DNA of 64,000 nucleotides. Source: Actinomycetota bacterium (GTDB taxonomy: Bacteria > Actinomycetota > Coriobacteriia > Anaerosomatales > PHET01). The stretch spans positions 4,889-68,888 of the forward strand of contig JBBIJX010000001.1 of the NCBI GenBank assembly GCA_037445775.1, in the 5' to 3' direction. A program made the position numbers and the translations under genes. Positions 26,433 through 36,050 of the stretch are shown in pieces (within the stretch, counting starts at the first letter, position 1; every line of letters begins with the position of its first letter). The notes under the pieces are model-generated. The model was not told the origin of the DNA, did not search any database, and saw only the letters and a program-made list of their open reading frames with translations.

Positions 26433-28666
26433 GTGCGGCGCACCGTCCAGCACGCATGCACGCCGTGCGCGTGCTCGAAGTCCCGGGGTATGGTGCGACG
26501 CGTCACATCGCGGACCGCCAGACCGCGAACCTCAAGGGCTTCGGTGTCCAGGCGGAACCGGCGCCGGTTGCACGAGAAGATCATCGTGCCGCTGTCGGCG
26601 AGCAGCGCTGCACCGTCCGTGATCAGGTCGACGTGATCGCGCTGCACATCGAACGTCTCGCGCATCCGTTTCGAGTTCGAGAAGGTTGGCGGATCACAGA
26701 AGATGAGGTCGTAGCGCGCGGGCGAGGATGCGGCGTCGCGGACCCAGGAGGTCGCATCGGCTCGCACGAGGGCATGCTCGTCGCCGCCGAACCCATTGCG
26801 CGCAAGATTCCGCCCTGCCCACTCAAGGTAGGTAGCCGAAAGGTCGACCGACGTCGTCGACACGGCGCCGCCTGCGGCCGCATACACGCTCGCCGTGCCC
26901 GTGTACGCGAATAGGTTGAGGAAGCGCGACTGCGAGGCGAGTTCGCGCAGCCACGCCCGCGTTTCGCGATGGTCGAGGAACAACCCCGTGTCGAGGTAGT
27001 CGCTGAAGTTGACCTCGAACAGCAGCCCCGCCTCGTCGACCGTACCTCGCACGCTCTGGGAGCCCAATCGCGTGTACTGGGCGTCCCCTCGCTGGCGCTC
27101 GCGGCGCTTCACGAACACGTCGGACTCCTCGACGCCTAGGACCGCAGCCCCGGTCACGGTCGCGTGCTCGAGCCGTGCAGTCGCGCGAAGCGGGTCCACA
27201 TCCGGAGGCGGTGCGTACTCGGCTACGTGCAGCCAGCGGCGCCCCTCGTCCTCCCCAGCACCCTGATAGAGGTCGATCGCGACGTTGTAGCCGGGAAGGT
27301 CCGCGTCGTATACGCGGTAGCACGACACTCCCGTCCTTCTCGCCCACGTCGCGTGATGACGTGCCATCTTGCGCAGACGGTTCTCGAACGCCGGGTCCTC
27401 GCCGTTGCGAGTGGGGCGCGCATCGCACACCTGCGAACCGCGTTGGTCCGCGGCTCGTTCCGCCGCATTGCGTTCGCGTGTGTCCGGCCCGCGCACGGCC
27501 CTTTCGCCAGCCGAAAAGACGTGGATCTTCGCCGGGATCCGCCCGTTGAAGACGTCCGCATGGCGCGTGGCGCTCATCCCGAGTCCGGCCTCAAGGCCCG
27601 GATCACTCGTGAGAACGGCGAGTTCATAGCCCTCGAAGCTCTCGCGCACCACAACCGCCAATTCGCGGTAGAGCGCCGGGAGCGAGGTGCGGTCCGAGAG
27701 CCGCTCGCCGTAGGGAGGATTGCACGCCAAGAGGCCTGCTGAGGCGCCCGCCGGCGGTCGCGCGTCGGCGAGCGAGGCTTGGGAGACAGTGACAATGGTC
27801 TCGAGCCCCGCCCGGCGCGCGCACGAGCGTGCCACGTTCACTGCTCGCGCATCCGCGTCCGAGCACGCGATCACCGCGCCGCGCGCGACGCCGGTGGCGC
27901 GCCTCTCCGTGGCTTCCGCCATCAGCTCCGCCCACGCCACAGCATCGTGTCCGAGCCAACCATCGAATCCCCACACTCGACGGAGCAGCCCGGGGGCAAC
28001 GTCGCAAGCGATGAGCGCCGCTTCGATAGCCAGCGTGCCCGATCCGCACAGCGGGTCGATGAACGCGCCGCCTCCATCCGCGATCCCCCGCCAACCCGCG
28101 CACTCGAGCACCGCCGCCGCAAGCGTCTCCTTCAGGGGTGCTTCAACCTGCACGCCAGGCTCGCGATACCCTCGCCGGTGGAGCGGTTCGCTGGCCAGGT
28201 CGAGCGCGACCTTCGCTCGCTCGTCGCGCACGACGACGTTGATCCGGAGGTCGGGTGCGGCCCTGTCGACGCTCGGGCGTCGCCCGAACCGCTCGCGGAA
28301 ACGGTCCGCGATGCCGTCCTTCACGCGAACGGCGGTGAACTGCGTGTTGCGCAGCGCGGGGTTGGTCCCTGCCGCGTCGACCGCGATCGTGCCGCCGGCC
28401 CGTACGTGGTCCTCCCATGGCATCGCGGTCACGCCCGCGAGCAGCGACTCCGCGCTCGTTGCGTCCACTTCGCCGAGTGACAGCAGCACGCGCGAGGCGA
28501 GCCGCGACCACAGCAGCACGCGGTAGGCGTCAGTCACACCGCCCGCGAACAGCACGCCCGCCCGCTGCGGCCGGACGCCGCCGATGCGCAGGCTGCGCAA
28601 CTCGTCGGCGAGCAGGGGCTCGATACCGCGCGCGCACGGCGCGAAGAAGCTGAGACGCCCAGTCAC
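26429..28666 (-). CDS. rlmL: Bifunctional 23S rRNA methyltransferase RlmKL (THUMP plus two SAM-MTase domains)
   Basis: FFAPCARGIEPLLADELRSL, LLWSRLASRVLL, CNPPYGERL, CYRVYDADLPGYNVAIDLY and IFCDPPTFSNSKRM match the E. coli RlmKL blocks. The start is re-set to GTG 28666, 2 nt after the P60 stop. Confidence 0.88.
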   Translation of the reverse strand: MTGRLSFFAPCARGIEPLLADELRSLRIGGVRPQRAGVLFAGGVTDAYRVLLWSRLASRVLLSLGEVDATSAESLLAGVTAMPWEDHVRAGGTIAVDAAGTNPALRNTQFTAVRVKDGIADRFRERFGRRPSVDRAAPDLRINVVVRDERAKVALDLASEPLHRRGYREPGVQVEAPLKETLAAAVLECAGWRGIADGGGAFIDPLCGSGTLAIEAALIACDVAPGLLRRVWGFDGWLGHDAVAWAELMAEATERRATGVARGAVIACSDADARAVNVARSCARRAGLETIVTVSQASLADARPPAGASAGLLACNPPYGERLSDRTSLPALYRELAVVVRESFEGYELAVLTSDPGLEAGLGMSATRHADVFNGRIPAKIHVFSAGERAVRGPDTRERNAAERAADQRGSQVCDARPTRNGEDPAFENRLRKMARHHATWARRTGVSCYRVYDADLPGYNVAIDLYQGAGEDEGRRWLHVAEYAPPPDVDPLRATARLEHATVTGAAVLGVEESDVFVKRRERQRGDAQYTRLGSQSVRGTVDEAGLLFEVNFSDYLDTGLFLDHRETRAWLRELASQSRFLNLFAYTGTASVYAAAGGAVSTTSVDLSATYLEWAGRNLARNGFGGDEHALVRADATSWVRDAASSPARYDLIFCDPPTFSNSKRMRETFDVQRDHVDLITDGAALLADSGTMIFSCNRRRFRLDTEALEVRGLAVRDVTRRTIPRDFEHAHGVHACWTVRRT

Positions 28667-28668
28667 GG

Positions 28669-29304
28669 TCAGGGCGTCTCGGGTGGTCGCACCGAGTCGT
28701 CGATGCCGGGGTAGCGGTAGGGAGCGAATCCGGCAGCATTCCAGAACCCGGAGCGTCCCCACGTGATACGGGCTCGGACGGCGCTCTTCGCGCTCGAGGA
28801 CTGATGGATGCCGAAGTACGCGGTCCGGGCGTCGTCGGCCCACCGTTCAAAGATGACCGCGTGACCGTAGGACACGCGCGTGCCGGAGATCAGAAGGTCC
28901 TTGGGGCGCACGATCACGTCGCCGGGACGAAGGTCGTTCTTCTTGATCCTCACGAGTACGTCGTCAAGGGTCTCCGTCGTGAGTGAGTACGGGTAGCCCC
29001 TCGCCGTCCGGAACCCAAGACACATCGAGACGAACCCGGAGCAGTCGGTACGATAGCCCATGCGCTGCGCCGCGGCGGCGGTCGTCGCGGTGGAGATGAC
29101 GCTGCCGTCGACAGTCGCGAAACGCGACTGGCTGTAGGGCACCTCCGCGCCCACCCAAACGTCCGCGCGCGCGAGTACTGAGTCCCGCGTGGTCACGCCC
29201 GCGACCGCCCGAAGGGGAGCCGCAAGGCCCAGCGCCATCAGCACGGCGAGCACGCCCGCGCAAACGGCGAGCGCGGGAGATGTGGGGAGGCCGCGGTGCG
29301 TCAT
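28669..29304 (-). CDS. Secreted NlpC/P60 (C40) family peptidase
   Basis: A signal peptide is followed by the catalytic Cys block YRTDCSGFVSMCLG and the His block YGHAVIFERW. Confidence 0.8.
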   Translation of the reverse strand: MTHRGLPTSPALAVCAGVLAVLMALGLAAPLRAVAGVTTRDSVLARADVWVGAEVPYSQSRFATVDGSVISTATTAAAAQRMGYRTDCSGFVSMCLGFRTARGYPYSLTTETLDDVLVRIKKNDLRPGDVIVRPKDLLISGTRVSYGHAVIFERWADDARTAYFGIHQSSSAKSAVRARITWGRSGFWNAAGFAPYRYPGIDDSVRPPETP

Positions 29305-29403
29305 GGAAACCTGCTACGTATCGGCTGCGATGCTACGGCACCGCTCAGTATAGCACCCCGTGACCGCAGCGCCTCCCACCTGCGCAGATGCGACGCCCGC
29401 ACC

Positions 29404-30183
29404 TCACACCTGCCTGCCGAACCCCTCGATGACGTAGGTGCCGCTCTTCGGGTCGCGCCTAAGCGTGATGAAGCCGAGCGCCTGGACGTCCTCGAGGAAC
29501 TGCGTGAACGACTTGTAGCCATACGCCGACTCGACGAACGACGGCTGCTTGCGCTTGATCGTGTCCTTCACGAGCGAGGAGTGCATCACCTCGACGTTCT
29601 CACGCTGAAGCGCCTCGATCGTCTCGAAGAGCAGCTTGAACGCGGGCCGCTTCTTCCGCGGCACCGCATCTCCCACGGCCGGCGCGCCGGCGGGAGCGCC
29701 GATGTCCTCGTAGTAGATGAACTCGTCGCAGTTGGAGGCAAGCAGGTCGCTCGTCGAGTCCTTGAGTCCGACGCCGATCACGGCCTTGCCGTTCTCCTTG
29801 AGCTTGTTGACGAGCGGCGTGAAATCACTGTCGCCCGAGACGATGACGAAGGTGTCGATGTGCTCCTTCGCGTAGCTGAGCTCCATGGCGTCGACGACGA
29901 GACGGATGTCAGCCGAGTTCTTGCCGGTGACGCCGCGCTCGGGTATCTCGGTGAGCTCGATGCCAAGCTCGTGGAGGGGCGTCACGTACTCTCCGAACCT
30001 GCTCCAGTCCGAGTACGCGCGCTTCGCGACGATCTTGCCCTTCTCCACGAGCCGCTCCAGGATGCGCCCCATGTCGAGCGATTGCCGCTTACGCCGCGCA
30101 CCGGCACGACCTACGCCCTGCATGCCGAGCGCGAGGTTCTCGAAGTCTATGAACACGGCAAGCGAGTGTGCCTCATCTGCCAC
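29404..30183 (-). CDS. NYN (LabA-like) ribonuclease domain protein with C-terminal OST-HTH/LOTUS domain
   Basis: LAVFIDFENL...KRAYSDWSRF...GKNSADIRLVVDAM...FVIVSGDSDFTPLVNKLKENGK is followed by a LOTUS-like helical C-terminus. Confidence 0.82.
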   Translation of the reverse strand: MADEAHSLAVFIDFENLALGMQGVGRAGARRKRQSLDMGRILERLVEKGKIVAKRAYSDWSRFGEYVTPLHELGIELTEIPERGVTGKNSADIRLVVDAMELSYAKEHIDTFVIVSGDSDFTPLVNKLKENGKAVIGVGLKDSTSDLLASNCDEFIYYEDIGAPAGAPAVGDAVPRKKRPAFKLLFETIEALQRENVEVMHSSLVKDTIKRKQPSFVESAYGYKSFTQFLEDVQALGFITLRRDPKSGTYVIEGFGRQV

Positions 30184-30330
30184 TTCATTTCACCCATGCC
30201 TTCCGGGTCTCGTGTATCAAGTGCGATGTCACCCTCGCCGAATCATGACACAGGCGCGCGTGAGCGTGCGCTAGGATGGTCCGTGCGCCGCGCTGGAGGG
30301 CGCCGCGCTTCGCTTCACAAGGAGGTTGGG

Positions 30331-31437
30331 ATGCCGGTCCCGAAGGAACGCCTCATCGTTCAACTCAAGACGCTCATGGACCTGTCGGCCACTGTGAACT
30401 CGACACTCGACGCGGCAGAGATCCAGCAGCGCGCAGTCGATTCGGCCGCCACCATCGTCGATGCGGAGCGCAGCAGTCTCCTGGTCCTAGACCCCCAGAC
30501 CTCCGACCTGTGTTTCGAGGTGACGAGCGGCCGCGACGGCCCGAGCGTACGTGAGGTCCGTCTGGAGCGTGGCGAAGGCGTCGCCGGATGGGTCGTCGAG
30601 CACCGGACCGGAGCGATCATCGACGACGTTTCGAACGACGAGCGCTACGCTCCACCGGCGGACGACGGATCGATGCTAACGACACGCGACATGCTCTGCG
30701 TGCCGGTCTGTCTGCGCGGCGAAGTGATCGGCGCCCTGCAGGCGATGAACAAGCGGTACGGCCGGTTCGACGACAACGACCTTGACCTGCTGGAGGCGCT
30801 CGCTCACCACGTCGCCGTCGCGATCGAGAACGCCAATCTCTACCAGGAGATCAAGGAGGCGTTCTACCAGACCGCCGAGGTGCTGGCTCACACGATCGAG
30901 AAGGCCGACCCCTACACCGGCGAGCACATCCGGCGTGTCATGCGCCACTGCATCAACACCGCACGCGAGCTCGGGCTCTCCGGAGCCGAACTCGAGAACG
31001 TCCGGCTCGCCGCCGTCCTCCATGACGTGGGCAAGGTGGGCGTGCCCAACAGCGTCCTGCTCAAAGAGGGCGGGCTCGAGGACCATGAGTTCGAGCTGAT
31101 GAAGACACACTGCACGACCGGCTGGGACATCCTGGGCAAGGCCGTCCACCTCCACCCTGTGATGGCCGCCGTCAGGGGACACCACGAGCGAGTCGACGGC
31201 ACCGGGTACCCGGACGGCCTCAAGGGAGATGCGATTCCACTCGCGGCGCGCATCATCGCTGTCGCGGACGCGTTCGACGCGATGACGTCGGAACGCCCTT
31301 ACCGGGGCGCTCTCGAGCAGAGTGAGGCTCTGCAAGAGCTCCGCGCGTGCAGCGGAACGCAGTTCGACCCGGTCGTCACCGAGGCGTTCATCCGGACGTT
31401 GGCCGAAGACACCGCGGTCGCGACCGAGCCCGTCTGA
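30331..31437 (+). CDS. GAF-domain HD-GYP phosphohydrolase (c-di-GMP phosphodiesterase family)
   Basis: The start is ATG 30331, with AAGGAGG 6 nt upstream. A GAF domain is followed by HIRRV...AAVLHDVGKVGVP...HHERVDGTGYPDGL. The upstream part of track ORF 29296-31437 is antisense shadow of the NYN gene. Confidence 0.9.
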   Translation: MPVPKERLIVQLKTLMDLSATVNSTLDAAEIQQRAVDSAATIVDAERSSLLVLDPQTSDLCFEVTSGRDGPSVREVRLERGEGVAGWVVEHRTGAIIDDVSNDERYAPPADDGSMLTTRDMLCVPVCLRGEVIGALQAMNKRYGRFDDNDLDLLEALAHHVAVAIENANLYQEIKEAFYQTAEVLAHTIEKADPYTGEHIRRVMRHCINTARELGLSGAELENVRLAAVLHDVGKVGVPNSVLLKEGGLEDHEFELMKTHCTTGWDILGKAVHLHPVMAAVRGHHERVDGTGYPDGLKGDAIPLAARIIAVADAFDAMTSERPYRGALEQSEALQELRACSGTQFDPVVTEAFIRTLAEDTAVATEPV

Positions 31438-31653
31438 GCCGTTCGCCGAAGTGCAAGGGCGCCGCCCTCGGGGCTCGAGGGGCTCGAGACCGAAGACGGC
31501 ACCGCTTGTCACGGAGTGTCGGCAGAATCGCTCCGCGACATGAGCCTCCTCACGGGACAACGGTCGCCTGCGCACGCCGACCTTCGAATGCGACAACGGC
31601 GTATGCGTCGACTTTCGGCCCGAAGCGCTCTGCGAGTTGCCCGGTACCGACGC

Positions 31654-32613
31654 CTAGGTGCTTGCGTCTTCGCCGGGCTGAGCTCCAGTGGGCGCCACGG
31701 TCGTCTCACTGACTCCCGAAGCCTCGCGCTCGGCGGCGTCCGCGTACAGCAGCCACAGCGCCTGCGTGCCGAGCTCGCTGCCGCCACCCTCGAGGAGTGT
31801 CGCGTAGAGCCGCTCCGCGAGCTCGAGGCCTGGCAGAGCGACGCCCATGGCGCCCGCTTCAGCGAGCGCGATGCGCAGGTCCTTCACGAAGTGCTTGACG
31901 TAGAAACCCGGTTTGAAGTCGCCATCGAGGACGCGCGGACCGTAGTTCTGAAGCGTCCATGACTGCGCGCTGCCTCCGGACAGCGTCTCGAGCACGCGCG
32001 CGCGGTCGAGCCCGGCGGCCTTCGCGTAGGCCAGACACTCGGCCAAGCCGAACATCGAAGCCGCAATGGCGATCTGGTTAGCCATCTTGCAGTGCTGACC
32101 GGCGCCAGCCGGTCCGTGCAGCGTAATCGTCCGGCCCATGACCTCGAAGAGCGTCCTCGCCCGCTCGAAAGCGTCGATCTCGCCGCCGGCCATGATCGTC
32201 AGGGTCGCGTTGCGCGCGCCCACGTCCCCGCCGGACACCGGAGCGTCGAGCACCGCGCACCCGCGCGCGGCTCCCGCCCGGGCGATCCGCGCCGCGAGCC
32301 CCGGTGACGATGTCGTCATGTCGATGAGCAGTGTGCCTTCAGCCGCCCGCTCCACCAGCCCCGAGGGGCCCAGGTAGCACTCCTCGACGTCGGACGGGAA
32401 GCCCACCATCGTCACGACGGCGTCGGCTCCGTCCGCGACAGCGGCCACCGAGCCGCAGAAGGTGGCGCCACGGTCAACCAGGGGGGCGGCCTTATCCGGA
32501 CTGCGGTTGTGGACGCGCAACGCGAACCCCGCATCGAGCAGGTGGCCCGCCATGGCCGCCCCCATCACCCCCGTACCCACGAACCCGACCGTCGCGACCC
32601 TCGGTGTGCTCAC
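31654..32613 (-). CDS. NAD(P)-dependent beta-hydroxyacid dehydrogenase (3-hydroxyisobutyrate / tartronate semialdehyde reductase family)
   Basis: VGFVGTGVMGAAMAGHL...DAPVSGG...GAGQHCKMANQ. Confidence 0.85.
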   Translation of the reverse strand: MSTPRVATVGFVGTGVMGAAMAGHLLDAGFALRVHNRSPDKAAPLVDRGATFCGSVAAVADGADAVVTMVGFPSDVEECYLGPSGLVERAAEGTLLIDMTTSSPGLAARIARAGAARGCAVLDAPVSGGDVGARNATLTIMAGGEIDAFERARTLFEVMGRTITLHGPAGAGQHCKMANQIAIAASMFGLAECLAYAKAAGLDRARVLETLSGGSAQSWTLQNYGPRVLDGDFKPGFYVKHFVKDLRIALAEAGAMGVALPGLELAERLYATLLEGGGSELGTQALWLLYADAAEREASGVSETTVAPTGAQPGEDAST

Positions 32614-32748
32614 ACGCCTCCTCCTTTGTCGTGAACCCCAACGGACGGCGTGTGATGCGTGTGCATGCAGGCGACGCCCCGCGCCTCGAGTCTGCGCGCG
32701 AGCGCGTGGCGCGAGTGCCCTGCGGCAGCTGATGCCCCCATCGCGACT

Positions 32749-33324
32749 TCAGCCCGCAAGCCTGCCGAGAAGCCACGCCATGTTCTCGCCCAGCCGGCGC
32801 ATCGTCTCGAGACCCTCGTCGTCGTTCGAGACGGCGCCCTTCGGGCCGCCTACACCCAGGTTCCAGTAGCTCGAGCCAACAACGATCATCTCGCCGATCA
32901 GGAAGAAGTGGTTGATGGTGTCGAACGCGTGAATCGCGCCGCCGCGGCGAACGGCGATAACCGCGGCGCCGGGCTTGCGCGCAAAGAGGTTCCCGTTCCC
33001 CCGGCCCACGTAGCCGGCACGGTCGATGAGTGCCTTCATCTCCGCCGTCACGTCAGCGAAGTACGTGGGGCTGCCGAGCACGATCGCATCGGCGCCGAAC
33101 AGCGCCTCGAGCACGTCGCCGGCGTCGTCACGCCGTCCATGGCACCGGCGATCGAGCCGCTCGCGACACAAGCCACACGCGGTGCAGCCCCGGATGTCCT
33201 TGCCGGCGAGTTCGATGAGCTCGCACTCGTGACCCGCGGCACTCAGGGGCTCGAACACCGCCTCGATGAGCAGTGCGGTGTTGCCGCGGCTGCGCGCTGA
33301 ACCGTTCACTCCCACGACCCGCAT
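32749..33324 (-). CDS. Flavodoxin-fold NAD(P)H-dependent FMN reductase / iron-sulfur flavoprotein family
   Basis: MRVVGVNGSARSRGNT...CTACGLC...IVLGSPTYFADVTAEMKALIDR. Confidence 0.78.
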   Translation of the reverse strand: MRVVGVNGSARSRGNTALLIEAVFEPLSAAGHECELIELAGKDIRGCTACGLCRERLDRRCHGRRDDAGDVLEALFGADAIVLGSPTYFADVTAEMKALIDRAGYVGRGNGNLFARKPGAAVIAVRRGGAIHAFDTINHFFLIGEMIVVGSSYWNLGVGGPKGAVSNDDEGLETMRRLGENMAWLLGRLAG

Positions 33325-33333
33325 TGGTGCCCC

Positions 33334-33795
33334 CTACTCCTTCGGTGCCCCCAACGACTGCAGTGCCGCGTGCCAGAACACGCGGTCGGCCACGAGCAGG
33401 GCGGCCCCGATGCCCAGATAGAGCGCCCCGAGGATGCCGGCGCCGACCACGTCGGGCTTCACGAACGTGTTCCTGATCATGATGCCGCCGCCCATCATCA
33501 CTCCCACGAAGAGCCACGAGCGCCAGGAGAAGAAGCCGAAGAAGCAGGCGTGGTCGCGGGCACGGATGCGCGCGACCGCCTTGCGCGCCACGCGGTCGAG
33601 CACGAACCGCGTCTTCGGCACAGCGATGATGACGGCGAGCGCGGCCCCGAGCACCCAGGCGTGCCATGACCGGTCGTGTACGTAGACCACGCCGCGGGAT
33701 ATCAGTATGCCGGCGCCCACCGCCCAGACGACGGCGGCGGCGAACAGTTGTGTCCGCGCGCTCGCGCGCGGGGTCAGACGATCGATGATCTGCAC
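33334..33795 (-). CDS. Integral membrane protein of unknown function
   Basis: 153 aa with four predicted TM helices. The GTG start has GGGAGGAG 4 nt upstream. Confidence 0.6.
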   Translation of the reverse strand: MQIIDRLTPRASARTQLFAAAVVWAVGAGILISRGVVYVHDRSWHAWVLGAALAVIIAVPKTRFVLDRVARKAVARIRARDHACFFGFFSWRSWLFVGVMMGGGIMIRNTFVKPDVVGAGILGALYLGIGAALLVADRVFWHAALQSLGAPKE

Positions 33796-33958
33796 GCTGC
33801 TCCTCCCGCGCGGACCGCATGTCGAGGTGTCAGGGACTCATACTCTAACGCAACACCACGAGCGCCCGCTTACCGGCCCCTGAAGCGGTAGTCCGGTTAT
33901 CCGGTTCGGCATACACTCTATGCATTCGTCAGCGAGACTTCGACCGAGGAGGAGACAG

Positions 33959-35314
33959 ATGGGTGCCAGACCCGCATCGGGCCGCACGCGCCGCGTCATC
34001 GTGATGGGTGCTGCAGGACGCGACTTCCACGACTTCCTCGTCGCACTCCGGGACGACCCGTCCGTGGACGTGGTCGCCTTCACGGCCACGCAGATCCCCG
34101 GAATCGACGGGCGCGTTTTCCCGGCCGCGCTCGCGGGTCCGCGCTATCCGGACGGAATCCCCATCACACACGAACGCGAACTCCCTGAGCTCATCGCGTC
34201 AGCCGGCGCCGACGAGGTGGTGTTCGCCTACTCGGACATCTCCCACGAGGAGCTCATGCACAAGGCATCGCTCGTGCTCGCCTGCGGCGCCGACTTCCGG
34301 ATCATCGGCCCGCAGGCAAGCATGATAGCGTCGAGCCGCCCGGTCATCAGCGTCTGCGCCGCGCGCACCGGCGTGGGCAAGTCCGGCATATCGCGGCGAA
34401 TCTTCGAGCGTCTACGCGCCCATGGCGTCCGCGCTGTCAACATCCGCCACCCCATGCCCTACCGCGACCTGGAGTCCATGGCTGTCGAGCGCTATGCGTC
34501 GCTCGACGACCTCGACCGCTTGGGCGTGACCGTCGAAGAGCGCGAGGAGTACGAGCATCTGGTCGAAGCGGGAGCGGTCGTCATGGCGGGGGTCGACTAC
34601 GCTGCCGTCGTCCGGGCTGCGGAGGCCGAGGCCGACGTAATCGTCTGGGACGGCGGGAACAACGACTGGCCGTTTCTTGCGAGCGACCTTGAGGTCGTCG
34701 CGCTCGACCCCCATCGGCCGGGTCACGAGCGCGCTTTCTTCCCCGGAGAGGTGAACTTCCTGCGCGCCGACGTGCTCGTCATCAACAAAGTCAACACCGC
34801 AGACGAGGCCGCCGTGGCCGCCCTCGTCTCCTCGGCCGCCAAGCACAATCCCGACGCCCGCGTCGTGCTCACCGCGAGCGAGATCCACGTGTCCGACGAA
34901 GCGGCGCTCGCCGGCAAGCGGGTGCTCGCCGTCGAGGACGGCCCCACGGTGACGCACGGCGGCATGCGTTACGGCGCCGCGGCGCTCGCAGCGCGCCGGG
35001 CAGGCGCCGCCGATCTCGTCAAAGCCGCACCTCACGCGGTCGGCTCGCTCGCCGACACCTTCGCGGCCTACCCGCACATGGAACACGTGCTGCCGGCGAT
35101 GGGCTATTCGGAGTCCCAGCTGCGCGACCTCGAAGCGACGATTGCGGCTACACCGTGCGATGTGGTGGCGATAGGCACCCCCATTGACCTGTCCCGGCTC
35201 ATCTCCATCAACGTCCCGACCGTCCGCGTCACCTACGACGTCGTCGACACCGGCGCTCCGGGCATCGACGACGTCGTCGATGATTTCTGCCGGCGCCACA
35301 GCGTATGCGGGTGA
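33959..35314 (+). CDS. COG2403-type P-loop protein (annotated in databases as predicted GTPase / cyclic 2,3-diphosphoglycerate synthetase-like)
   Basis: The start is ATG 33959 after GAGGAGGAG. The sequence VIVMGAAGRDFHDF...VVAFTATQIPGI...VVFAYSDISHEELMHKAS...CAARTGVGKSGISR...RHPMPYRDL matches this family. Confidence 0.7.
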   Translation: MGARPASGRTRRVIVMGAAGRDFHDFLVALRDDPSVDVVAFTATQIPGIDGRVFPAALAGPRYPDGIPITHERELPELIASAGADEVVFAYSDISHEELMHKASLVLACGADFRIIGPQASMIASSRPVISVCAARTGVGKSGISRRIFERLRAHGVRAVNIRHPMPYRDLESMAVERYASLDDLDRLGVTVEEREEYEHLVEAGAVVMAGVDYAAVVRAAEAEADVIVWDGGNNDWPFLASDLEVVALDPHRPGHERAFFPGEVNFLRADVLVINKVNTADEAAVAALVSSAAKHNPDARVVLTASEIHVSDEAALAGKRVLAVEDGPTVTHGGMRYGAAALAARRAGAADLVKAAPHAVGSLADTFAAYPHMEHVLPAMGYSESQLRDLEATIAATPCDVVAIGTPIDLSRLISINVPTVRVTYDVVDTGAPGIDDVVDDFCRRHSVCG

Positions 35315-35467
35315 GCCGCCCGTCCGCGGCACTGAGACCGGTCGCACCGTGATGCACGTCACGCGGAATGCGTGAGATGCGTCACAGACCCGTGCTCAAG
35401 CCGCCCGCAACCGATGCCGATGGTCCCACCACAAAGCGCGCTCCACGACGGCTGAGGTATCGGGCGA

Positions 35468-36040
35468 GTGCTCAAGGTAACGACAACGCTGCAGCGCGTT
35501 CGCGCGCACTACGAAGGGGACACCCGGGAGCTGCTTCGGGTGCTCCTCAACGCGACGTCCGTCGCCGAGGCGAGTTTCGCACTCGACGCGCTCCGCGAGC
35601 GCGTTCCGGAGAAGGACCTCGTCGTGGCCCTCAACCTGCGCGAGGTCATCAGGACCCTGCCGAACGCTCCGTTCACCATGCACGTCGACGAGGAGACGCT
35701 CGCGCGCACGGCCGGACTCACCCGCGGGATCGCCGCGATGAGCAAGGTGCTCGACGAGCAGACTTCTCTCTACGTGACGACCGCAGGGAACCTCGTGCTC
35801 GACATCATCATCGGCATTGGCGAAGAGCGTCACTTCTGGAACCCGATCCCCATCGCGGACGACTATCTCAATAGCGAGGTGGTCGATCACCTTGTCGAGA
35901 GTCCGTCACTCCTCGACGAGGTCATCGCACTCACTCACTGCATGGGCGTCGTCTGGAACCCCCGGTTCTACCTGTCGCTCGAAGATTGGCTCCTCGAGTG
36001 GGCCGAGGACGCCTACGACGACATCTGCGACCTCTTCTGA
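35468..36040 (+). CDS. Hypothetical protein (no family recognised)
   Basis: 190 aa with a GTG start and high third-position GC consistent with coding. The product is acidic and helical. The opposite-strand ORF 35396-35890 looks like shadow. Confidence 0.55.
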   Translation: MLKVTTTLQRVRAHYEGDTRELLRVLLNATSVAEASFALDALRERVPEKDLVVALNLREVIRTLPNAPFTMHVDEETLARTAGLTRGIAAMSKVLDEQTSLYVTTAGNLVLDIIIGIGEERHFWNPIPIADDYLNSEVVDHLVESPSLLDEVIALTHCMGVVWNPRFYLSLEDWLLEWAEDAYDDICDLF

Positions 36041-36050
36041 CGGGTCTCGG

